Assembly (NCBI GenBank): GCA_004298385.1
Contig: SCTX01000040.1
Coordinates: 32,571 to 96,570, forward strand
From: Betaproteobacteria bacterium
Lineage (GTDB): Bacteria > Pseudomonadota > Gammaproteobacteria > Burkholderiales > SG8-39
Length of the DNA: 64,000 nucleotides
Direction: 5' to 3'
This document shows, piece by piece, positions 53,854 through 61,614 of the stretch. The translations under genes were made by a program, and so were the position numbers. Position 1 is the stretch's first letter. The number at the start of each line of letters is the position of its first letter. Under the pieces are notes generated by a model, which did no database searches, was not told the origin of the DNA, and saw only the letters and a list, made by a program, of their open reading frames with translations.

Positions 53854-56097
53854 ATGAAGATCGAGCAGCTTCCCGACGAAGTTTCCACCACCGATGCGCA
53901 CCCGGCGGATGCGCTATCCAGCCAACTGCGCTTCTGGCGCCGCAGCTTGGAGAAGCGCAAATGGGCGATCGCGCTGCTCACTTTGCTGATCGGCGCGGTC
54001 ACGACCTTCGTCGTCTACTCGCTCACGCCCGTCTATCGCGCGACCGCCACGCTTTACATCGAACCGGCGAAAAACAAGGTCGTCTCCATCGAGGAGGTAT
54101 ATGGCGGCGTCAGCGGCAACCGCGAGCATATCCAGACCCAGGTGGAGATACTCAAATCGCGGGAACTGGTGGACAAACTCGTCAAACGTCTGAAGCTCGC
54201 CACCGATCCGGCTATCGACCCGAGGCAAAAACCTCCTGCTCTGAATCTATCGATTCCCTGGCGCGAATGGGTTCCGGCCGGCTGGCTGCCCGAGCAGCCC
54301 GTTCCGTCCGAGGAAGCGTTGACGGATAGCGTAATCCGCTCGGTCCGTTCCAACCTCGACGTGCAACTGGTGCGTCTGAGCTTTTTGATCCGGGTGAGCT
54401 TCGAATCCACCGACAAGGTCCTCGCGGCCAAGGTGGCCAACACGCTGGGCGAGCTCTATATCGAGAACGACCTGGAGGCGCGGCTGCAGATGACGCAGAA
54501 GGCCGCTTCCTGGCTGACCGGCCGGGTCAAGGGCCTGAGAGAAACGGTCGAGAATTCCGAGCGCGCATTGCAGCAGTTCCGCGACCGGGAGAAGATCGTC
54601 GATGCAAAGGGAGTGGCGCTCGGCGCCAGCAGCCAGCTCAATACCCTGACCACCGCCATGGTCGCGGCGCGGCAGAAAGTCGCGGAGTTTGAAAACGCCT
54701 ATCGCCAGGTCCAGGCCGTGCTGAAAGGCGAATCGCGGGCGACGCTGGAGTCGATCCCGGCGGTGCTGCGCAGCCCCAGCGTCCTGCCGCTGAAGTCGGC
54801 CGAAGCCGAAGCCGAGCGCAAGCTCGCGGAACTCAGCAACCGCTACGGCGCCAATCACCCGCGCATCATCGCCGCGGAGTCCGATTTGCGCGCGGCCAAG
54901 GAAAACACGCAGAAGGCGGTCGATTCCGTGGTGTCGAGCATCACCCGCGAGTACGAGGTCGCCAAGGCGACCGAAAAAAGCATGCAATCGTCGCTGGACC
55001 GGTCGAAAACGGAAATCCAGGACATCAGCCGCAAGGAATTCCAGTTGGCGGCGCTGGAGCGCGATGTGCAAACCAACCGGCAGCTCTACGATCTGTTCGT
55101 CAACCGGGCGAAGGAGACGGGCCTCACGGGCGACCTGCAATCGACGATAGCGCGCGTGGTCGATCCGGCGATCGTGTCCGGGGTTCCGGTGAAGCCGCAG
55201 AAGTCCCTGATCATCGCGATTTCCCTGTTGATCGGATTGATGCTGGGAATCTTCCTCGCGCTGCTGCTGGAGTATCTCGACAACACCGTGCGTTCCACCG
55301 AAGATGTCGCGCTCAAGCTCGAGGTTCCGTTATTGGGGATGTTGCCCTGGGTGCCGGGCAAGCACCGCAATTTCGAGTTGCAGCGCGGATTTCTGCAGAA
55401 TTTCAGCCCGGCGTTCAGCGAAGCAGTGCGCACGCTGCGCACCGGGATTCTGATGTCGGCGCTCGACAATCCACACAAGGTCGTGTTGATCACGTCTTCG
55501 GTGCCCGAGGAAGGCAAGACCTCGGTGTCGATGAATCTTGCCTTCGCTCTGGCACAGGTCAAACGCACCTGCCTGATCGACGCGGACATGCGCCGGCCCT
55601 CGGTGTACCGGGTCATGGGCGGCGACGTCAATATGGCGGGCCTGTCCAATCTGGTGGCGAACACCGAGCCCGTGAACAAATGCGTATACGAACATGAATC
55701 GGGGCTGTTCTATATCCCCTCCGGCCCGATCCCGCCGAACCCGTCGGAACTGCTGTCGTCGAAGCGATTCAGCGACGTTCTGAAGACGCTCGAGGGGATG
55801 TTCGACGTCATCCTGATCGATTCGCCGCCGGTGCAACTGGTGAGCGATGCCACCATCCTGGCCGGCGTCGCGAACGCGCTGGTGTTCGTGGTGCGCGCCG
55901 ACGCGACGCCCTACCAGGTGGCAAAGGGCGCGATCGAGCAACTGAAGAAAGGCAAGGCGCAGTTGCTGGGCGTGGTGCTGAACCGGCTGGATGTGGAAAA
56001 GGCCGAGCGCTACTACGGTTACGGAAGATATTTCAGCTACGGCGGCAAGTACAAATATTACAAGGGTTCCGGCTATTACGGCAGCAAGAAGAGGTAA
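53854..56097 (+). CDS. Wzc-type polysaccharide co-polymerase fused to a BY-tyrosine kinase
   Basis: Two TMs flank a long, probably helical (charged-residue-rich) periplasmic domain. Walker A 'SSVPEEGKTS', A' 'LIDADMRRP', B 'VILIDSPP'; Tyr-rich tail 'RYYGYGRYFSYGGKYKYYKGSGYYGS'. Confidence 0.85.
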   Translation: MKIEQLPDEVSTTDAHPADALSSQLRFWRRSLEKRKWAIALLTLLIGAVTTFVVYSLTPVYRATATLYIEPAKNKVVSIEEVYGGVSGNREHIQTQVEILKSRELVDKLVKRLKLATDPAIDPRQKPPALNLSIPWREWVPAGWLPEQPVPSEEALTDSVIRSVRSNLDVQLVRLSFLIRVSFESTDKVLAAKVANTLGELYIENDLEARLQMTQKAASWLTGRVKGLRETVENSERALQQFRDREKIVDAKGVALGASSQLNTLTTAMVAARQKVAEFENAYRQVQAVLKGESRATLESIPAVLRSPSVLPLKSAEAEAERKLAELSNRYGANHPRIIAAESDLRAAKENTQKAVDSVVSSITREYEVAKATEKSMQSSLDRSKTEIQDISRKEFQLAALERDVQTNRQLYDLFVNRAKETGLTGDLQSTIARVVDPAIVSGVPVKPQKSLIIAISLLIGLMLGIFLALLLEYLDNTVRSTEDVALKLEVPLLGMLPWVPGKHRNFELQRGFLQNFSPAFSEAVRTLRTGILMSALDNPHKVVLITSSVPEEGKTSVSMNLAFALAQVKRTCLIDADMRRPSVYRVMGGDVNMAGLSNLVANTEPVNKCVYEHESGLFYIPSGPIPPNPSELLSSKRFSDVLKTLEGMFDVILIDSPPVQLVSDATILAGVANALVFVVRADATPYQVAKGAIEQLKKGKAQLLGVVLNRLDVEKAERYYGYGRYFSYGGKYKYYKGSGYYGSKKR

Positions 56098-56104
56098 CGC
56101 GCCA

Positions 56105-56327
56105 CCATGGACGCCGCTTCACTTGCAGAGCGCGGCGTCCCGACGCCCCGAAGGAAGTCCCCTTGGGGGATGCAGCGGGCTCGCCGCTCGGCGAGCGGGC
56201 AGCATGCTGCCCGAAACCCGCGCCTCGCCTCCAGCCCGCTGCCGCGTTGCCGGTGGATAGAGAGAAAACCCCCTCGCCCCGCTTGCGGGGACAGGGCTGG
56301 GGTGAGGGGACAACTGAAACGCAGTTG
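56105..56327. repeat. Composite REP-like element, copy C (modules a and c inverted, b direct)
   Basis: 56134-56179 is the reverse complement of module a; 56180-56219 is module b; 56270-56310 is the reverse complement of module c. An extra hairpin caactg-aaacg-cagttg follows. Confidence 0.7.
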
Positions 56328-56351
56328 TGTAATTTCCGATAGAACGCCTGC

Positions 56352-57092
56352 ATGATCGATGTCCACTGCCACCTCTTTCCAGGCATTGACGACGGGCCGG
56401 AGACGCTCGATGCCGCGATCGCGCTTGCCCGGCATGCCGTAGCCAGCGGCATCGGCACTGCGATCGTCACGCCGCACATCCTTCCGCGGCGCTATGACAA
56501 CACGCTTTCCGGCATCCACGAGGCGGCGAAGCGTTTCCGCGCAGAACTCGATGCCAGGAACATTCCACTTGCGATCGGCTACGCCGCCGAGGTGCGCATC
56601 GGCGCGGAAGTCATTGCGCTCGCCGAGGAGCAAACGCTGCCGCTGCTGGGATACGCCGACGGCTACGGCATCGTGCTGCTGGAGTTTCCCGACAGCCACA
56701 TTCTCCCGGGCAGCGACAAGCTCGCCGCGTGGCTTCTCGGCCGCAACATCCGGCCGATGATCGCCCATCCCGAGCGCAACAAGGAAGTCATGCGCAACGT
56801 CGATGCCATCGCGCCGTTCGTGCAGATGGGCTGCTGGCTGCAGCTCACCGCGGGCTCGGTGACCGGCGTGTTCGGCCCGCGCTGCCGCGAGCGTTCGCGC
56901 CAGTTGCTCGAGCGCGGCTGGGTGTACATGCTCGCCTCCGACGCGCACGACACGCCGGCGAGAATGCCGGAGCTGGAACCGGGGCGCGCCGCCGCCGCGG
57001 AGATCGTCGGCGAAGTGGAGTCCTGGCGCCTGGTGCGCGACCGCCCCGCCGCCCTCGCCGCCACCAATTGCGCGTTTGCCGAAGCGGCGTAG
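56352..57092 (+). CDS. PHP-family protein-tyrosine phosphatase (CpsB/YwqE-like)
   Basis: 'MIDVHCHLFPGIDDGP', 'IVTPH', 'IAHPERN', 'LASDAHD'. Confidence 0.8.
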   Translation: MIDVHCHLFPGIDDGPETLDAAIALARHAVASGIGTAIVTPHILPRRYDNTLSGIHEAAKRFRAELDARNIPLAIGYAAEVRIGAEVIALAEEQTLPLLGYADGYGIVLLEFPDSHILPGSDKLAAWLLGRNIRPMIAHPERNKEVMRNVDAIAPFVQMGCWLQLTAGSVTGVFGPRCRERSRQLLERGWVYMLASDAHDTPARMPELEPGRAAAAEIVGEVESWRLVRDRPAALAATNCAFAEAA

Positions 57093-57211
57093 ACGTGACA
57101 CGACGACCGCATTCGCGAGTCCCCCAAGGGGATTTCCTCCGGGGCACAAGCTCGCTCCCGCAAAAGCAGCGTTGCAGAAGCGCGCTTGCTCGCGAATGCG
57201 CAATCGCACTC

Positions 57212-57886
57212 ATGCTGCTGCTCGGATTGTTCGCTTACAAAGCAAGCACGGAAGGGCTGTCGAATTTCTACGCGCAGTCGGCGCAGCTCGAAATCGAGCG
57301 CTGGTCGAAACCCGGGCAAACACTGCGTGGGGACGAGGGGACGCGCGTGATGCAATACCTCGGAAGCAGCCTGGACCACTCGCCGAACAATCCCTGGCCT
57401 CTGGAAGTCATGGGAACGCTGCAATTGCGCAGCATGAGCGCCGCCAAGGATCCGCAGCTCGCCATGGCGGCCGCTCGCGGCGCCAACGTGAACTTCCGCA
57501 TGGCGCTGGCGCAGAGGCCGACTTCGCCTTTTGCGTGGGCAAGCCTCGCGCTGACCAAGCTTTATCTTGGCGAGCAGGACGAGGAACTGTTCCGGGCGCT
57601 CGAGCGCGCGGAGGAACTGGGCCCCTGGGAGCCCGAGGTCCAGCAAGCGGTGGTCTTCGTCGGCCTCACGCTGTGGAATCGGCTGAACCCGGCCCAACAG
57701 GCCACGGTGGTCCGGGCGATGGACCGAGGCGCGCGACGCAATCCCGGTAAAATTGCCGAAATTGCCAAAACTTTCGATCGTATTGACCTGTTTTGTGGTT
57801 TAAGCTACAGTGATTCTCAGGGTAGGGAAGTCTGTAGTTCAATCAGCAAGTCCGGGTTCGCAAAAAAGCGCGACCGACAACAATGA
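57212..57886 (+). CDS. Hypothetical membrane-anchored protein with helical-repeat-like domain
   Basis: ATG 57212 ('MLLLGLFAYKAS..'). An alternative GTG at 57095, 3 nt after the phosphatase stop, would add a basic N-terminus encoded partly by REP-like sequence. Confidence 0.45.
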   Translation: MLLLGLFAYKASTEGLSNFYAQSAQLEIERWSKPGQTLRGDEGTRVMQYLGSSLDHSPNNPWPLEVMGTLQLRSMSAAKDPQLAMAAARGANVNFRMALAQRPTSPFAWASLALTKLYLGEQDEELFRALERAEELGPWEPEVQQAVVFVGLTLWNRLNPAQQATVVRAMDRGARRNPGKIAEIAKTFDRIDLFCGLSYSDSQGREVCSSISKSGFAKKRDRQQ

Positions 57887-57899
57887 AGGGGCAAATGCC

Positions 57900-60062
57900 A
57901 TGACATTTTCCAAATCGAGCCGCTCGGTGCAGCAATCAGCCGTCTGGTGGTTGTTCGCGATGCTTGCGCTCATGTCGAACCTTGCATGGGGCGCGGTCGG
58001 TTACGTGCATGAGGCCTCGGGTGACGTGCGCGTGCAAAACGGCAGCGCCACCCCCAGGACGGTCAAGCCCGGCGATACTTTCGATCCCGGGGTAACGTTT
58101 CAGACCTCCGGAAACGGCAACGCCGTGATCAAGTTCGAGGACGGCCAGCTCGCGAAGCTGCAGCCCAATACCCTTTTCAAAGTCGATCAATACAGCTTCA
58201 ATGCGAACAATCCCAAGGCGGGCAATTCGGCGGTAAGACTTCTTCAGGGCGCGATGCGTTTCGTGACGGGCCTGATCGGTTCGACCAACCGTAATAATGT
58301 ACGCTTGGCCGCGGGCACTGCGACCATCGGCATACGCGGCTCGGACATGACGCTGGTCGTCAGTGCGGCGGGCGCGGTCGAGGCCGCGACGGTTGTTCAC
58401 GGCGGGATTGTCTTGCAGACGCCGGCAGGCGCAACCAACGTAAACGCCGGACAGTTTTCCGCGGCCCCTGTCGGACAGGCTCCGACACCGGTGGCGCCCA
58501 TTGCAGCCGCGCCGGCGGCGGTTCAGGCCGTGGTGAATACGACGGCCGCAGCGGTGCTCCCGGTGAATACGCCTGTCGCGGTCCAGGCGGCGGCGAATGC
58601 GGCGAACGCTGTCGCCGCGGCCCAGGCGGCGATAGCCGCTTCAGCTAACGCAACGGCGGCAGCGGCAGCGGCCAAGGGTGCCCCGCCGGCAGTCGCGGCA
58701 GCGGCGGCAGCCCAGGCAGCCCAGGCTTCAGCCGTAGCGGCCGCGGCGCAAGCCACGGCGGCCACGGCGCAAGTGCAGGCGAATACCCAGGCGCAGGCTG
58801 TCGTGGCTACCGCCTTCCAGGCAGGTGCGGCGCCGGCGGCGCCGCCTGCGCCGCCGGCAGCTTCGGCTGTGGCGCAGGTGGTCGCGGCAGCGGCGGCCCC
58901 GGTGGCGACGGTCGCCACGGTGCAGGCCGCGGCAGCCGCGGCGACGCAGGTGGCGGCGACTGCGGCGACGGTGGCGCAGACGGCATCGGCCCAGGCGACC
59001 AGCGCGGCGACCGCGGCGACAACGGCGGCAACGCAGGCCTCGACGGCGGCGACGCCCGCGGCGGCGCAAGCGGCAGCGGCAGCGGCGCAGACGGCGGCCA
59101 GTGCGGCCGGCGCGCAGGCGACAGCGGCAACAGCACAGGTTACGGTCGCCGCGGCGGCGACCTCGACGACGCAAGCCTCGGTGCAGGCGACGGCGCAGGC
59201 GGCGGCGACTCAGGCCACCAGCCAAGCGCAAGCAGCGACGGCGCAGGTGCAGGTGGCGGCTACCGCGGCAACGCAGGCGGCAACGGCGACGACGCCAGCA
59301 GCGGCGCAGGCGGCGGCCAGTGCGGCCAATGCGGCGGCCAGTGCGGCCAGCGCGCAAGCGGCGGCGACGACGGCGCAGGCGGCGGTAGCGTCGGTAGCGA
59401 CGACACAGGTGACGCAACAGACCGGGGCGGTGATCCAGGCGGCGCAGGCGGCGGCGACCCAGGCGAGTACGCAGGCGCAAGCGGCGACGGTGCAGTCGCA
59501 AGCGGCGACGACCGCGGCAACGCAGGCAGCAACGGCGACAACCGCGGCGGGGGCGCAGGCGGCGGCTAGCGCGGCGCAGGCGGCGGCCAGTGCGGCCGGC
59601 GCGCAAGCGTCGGCGGCGACGGCGCAGGCGACGGTGGTGGTGGCGCAGGTGACAGGACAGACTGCCCAGGCGGTGGTGGCGCAGGCGGCGGCGGCGCAGG
59701 CGACGACCGCGGCGGCCACGGCAACCCAGTCGGCAACGCAAGCGACTACGGCCGCCACCCAGGCGGTGACGGCGCCGAATGCAACAGCAGCGGCAGCAGC
59801 GGCGGCGACGGCGGGGCAAGCGGCGGTGGGCGCCGCGGCTTCGGCAGCACAGGCGGCGGCGGCGGCGCCTACAGCGGCGCCTACGGTGCCTCTGCCATTC
59901 GTCGCTCCGGCACCAGCTCCGGCGCCGGTTGTGGCACCGCCGGTTGTGGCACCGCCGGTTGTGGCACCGCCGGTTGTGGCACCGCCGGTTGTGGCACCGC
60001 CGGTGATCATCCCGCCGCCGGTCACGCCTCCGCCGATTCTGTGCGGCGGTAGTCCCTGCTGA
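57900..60062 (+). CDS. Secreted FecR-domain protein with giant Ala/Gln/Thr/Ser periodic repeat, PVVAP repeats and Cys-containing C-terminus
   Basis: ATG 57900 with gaagggg upstream; signal 'WWLFAMLALMSNLAWGAVG'; FecR-like 'GDVRVQNG..VKPGDTF..GAMRFVTG..IGIRGSDM'. Low-complexity region about 58500-59880, then (PVVAP)x5 and '..ILCGGSPC*'. Confidence 0.7.
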   Translation: MTFSKSSRSVQQSAVWWLFAMLALMSNLAWGAVGYVHEASGDVRVQNGSATPRTVKPGDTFDPGVTFQTSGNGNAVIKFEDGQLAKLQPNTLFKVDQYSFNANNPKAGNSAVRLLQGAMRFVTGLIGSTNRNNVRLAAGTATIGIRGSDMTLVVSAAGAVEAATVVHGGIVLQTPAGATNVNAGQFSAAPVGQAPTPVAPIAAAPAAVQAVVNTTAAAVLPVNTPVAVQAAANAANAVAAAQAAIAASANATAAAAAAKGAPPAVAAAAAAQAAQASAVAAAAQATAATAQVQANTQAQAVVATAFQAGAAPAAPPAPPAASAVAQVVAAAAAPVATVATVQAAAAAATQVAATAATVAQTASAQATSAATAATTAATQASTAATPAAAQAAAAAAQTAASAAGAQATAATAQVTVAAAATSTTQASVQATAQAAATQATSQAQAATAQVQVAATAATQAATATTPAAAQAAASAANAAASAASAQAAATTAQAAVASVATTQVTQQTGAVIQAAQAAATQASTQAQAATVQSQAATTAATQAATATTAAGAQAAASAAQAAASAAGAQASAATAQATVVVAQVTGQTAQAVVAQAAAAQATTAAATATQSATQATTAATQAVTAPNATAAAAAAATAGQAAVGAAASAAQAAAAAPTAAPTVPLPFVAPAPAPAPVVAPPVVAPPVVAPPVVAPPVVAPPVIIPPPVTPPPILCGGSPC
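59925..59999 (+). repeat. Perfect 15-bp tandem repeat x5 (plus a partial sixth) encoding PVVAP
   Basis: ccggttgtggcaccg repeated head-to-tail at 59925, 59940, 59955, 59970 and 59985; ccggtg continues at 60000. Confidence 0.9.
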
Positions 60063-60081
60063 TCCGGCAGAGCGCAATCCG

Positions 60082-60120
60082 CAGGCCAGGTAGCGAAAGC
60101 TACCCGGCCTGTTTCTTTTC
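60082..60120 (+). terminator. Rho-independent-type terminator directly abutting the next start codon
   Basis: caggccaggtagc-gaaa-gctacccggcctg (13-bp arms, 1 mismatch) followed by tttcttttc; ATG of the next gene at 60121. Confidence 0.5.
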
Positions 60121-61614
60121 ATGAACGCCGATTACGAGCGGCCTTGGGCAAATCGGTGGCTCTTTGTCTTCTATCTGGCGTTGCTCGTGTGGGTCCCGAT
60201 TCCGCTGGGGAGCAACCGGCCCTGGGCCTGGGCGATTCTCGAGCTTTGGGTGTTTGCGCTCGCCATCTGGTGGCTGCTCGATTTTGCGCGAGGCAAGACC
60301 CAGCCTAGTCAGGCTCTCAAGGGCGCCCGGCCGGCGTTGCTCTGCGCTTCGCTATGGCTCGGATACGTCTGGCTGCAACTGTTGCCGCTGCCGCCCGGAC
60401 TGCTGCAAGCGCTTTCGCCTGAAGCCGCGCGCGCACACGCCGCTGCGGCGTGGCCGGTCGCGACGAGCGCCGCGCCGCTGACACTGGACCAATCGGGAAC
60501 GCTCGGCGGCGCGCTGAAAAGCGCCGCGTACGTCGCGTTTTTCGCGCTGAGCCTCGCCCTGCTCGACCGGCCCGCGCGCATCGCAGTCGCCGCATACACC
60601 CTGGTCATTTCAGGCTTCGCGCAGGCGATGTACGCGGGACTTTCCGCCCTCTCTGAAGGCGGCGCGTCGGCGCACGGATCGTTCGCCAACCGCGATCACT
60701 TGGCGGGCTACCTGGTGATGTGCCTGTCCCTCGGGCTGGGGTTGTTAATTTCGAATTTGACCGGCGAGGTGTCGCGCAGTTGGAAGCAATTTTTCAGGAA
60801 CATTATCGCCTGGATCCTGAGCCCGAGGATGCTGCTGCGCCTGGCGCTGGTGGTGATGGTGACTGCCTTGGTGCTCACGCACTCGCGCATGGGCAACACT
60901 TCGTTTTTCGTGAGCCTGCTGGTCGCCGGCGCGATCGGCCTGCTGCTGGCAAAACGCGCGACCAAGTCGATGGTGGTTCTGATCGCGAGCCTGATCGTGA
61001 TCGACATTTTCATCGTCGGCGCCTATTTCGGGGTGCAGCGCGTGCTGGACCGGATCGAGCAGACGACGATGCAAGCCGAAGATCGCGACGAAATAGCCAT
61101 CGATGCGCTTCGCATGTGGAAGGACTATCCGGTATTCGGCTCGGGACTGGGTTCGTTCCAGGTGGTATTTCCGCGCTATTCGCAACAGGACCTCGGCGTG
61201 CTCTACACCCACGCGCACAACGATTACCTGCAGCTCGCCGCTGAAACCGGCGTCGTCGGGATAACGCTGCTCGGCCTGCTGGTGTTCACGTCGCTTCTGG
61301 CGGCATTGCGCGCGCAGATCATGCGCCACGACCCGCTCATGCGCGCGATTTCCTTCGCCGCGATGATGGCGATCATCGCGCTGGGAATGCACAGCGCGGT
61401 GGATTTCAATCTCCAGATCCCGGCGAATGCATTGACCTTCATGCTGCTGCTCGCGTTCGCCTGGATCTCCCTGTATCACCGGTATGACGGCGAAGCGCAA
61501 GCGGAGCCCGGTTCCCGGCGGGCCGGCGTGTCCGACCGAGGTATCGGTTCGGGACCTAATCAGTCCTCGCGACGCGGAAGCCGATATAGAAGTCGCGGTC
61601 GTCCGAGCCGATAA
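60121..61614 (+). CDS. Wzy_C-domain membrane protein (O-antigen ligase / PglL-type O-oligosaccharyltransferase family)
   Basis: Polytopic; 'GSGLGSFQVVFPRY..YTHAHNDYLQLAAETGVVG'. Arg/Ser-rich tail overlaps the convergent 61556..62554 gene by 59 nt. Confidence 0.75.
   Translation: MNADYERPWANRWLFVFYLALLVWVPIPLGSNRPWAWAILELWVFALAIWWLLDFARGKTQPSQALKGARPALLCASLWLGYVWLQLLPLPPGLLQALSPEAARAHAAAAWPVATSAAPLTLDQSGTLGGALKSAAYVAFFALSLALLDRPARIAVAAYTLVISGFAQAMYAGLSALSEGGASAHGSFANRDHLAGYLVMCLSLGLGLLISNLTGEVSRSWKQFFRNIIAWILSPRMLLRLALVVMVTALVLTHSRMGNTSFFVSLLVAGAIGLLLAKRATKSMVVLIASLIVIDIFIVGAYFGVQRVLDRIEQTTMQAEDRDEIAIDALRMWKDYPVFGSGLGSFQVVFPRYSQQDLGVLYTHAHNDYLQLAAETGVVGITLLGLLVFTSLLAALRAQIMRHDPLMRAISFAAMMAIIALGMHSAVDFNLQIPANALTFMLLLAFAWISLYHRYDGEAQAEPGSRRAGVSDRGIGSGPNQSSRRGSRYRSRGRPSR

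Noticed and set aside
57900-60062. PEP-CTERM/exosortase sorting system
   Set aside because: The locus resembles exosortase-associated EPS loci (short OPX, barrel, Wzy_C ligase-like, MarR-EPS regulator). However, no exosortase (EpsH) ORF and no VPEP-TM-Arg C-terminal motif were seen. The stalk protein ends in ILCGGSPC. The system may lie outside the window.
58523-60122. Long antisense and off-frame ORFs over the repeat gene (e.g. 58728..60122 minus, 464 aa, Arg-rich; 58825..59388 plus; 59210..60025 minus, Ala/Cys/Thr-rich)
   Set aside because: They are frame-shadow products of a GC-rich GCN-codon repeat. They have no start context and an extreme Arg or Ala/Cys composition. The sense frame has a signal peptide, a folded N-domain and an SD.
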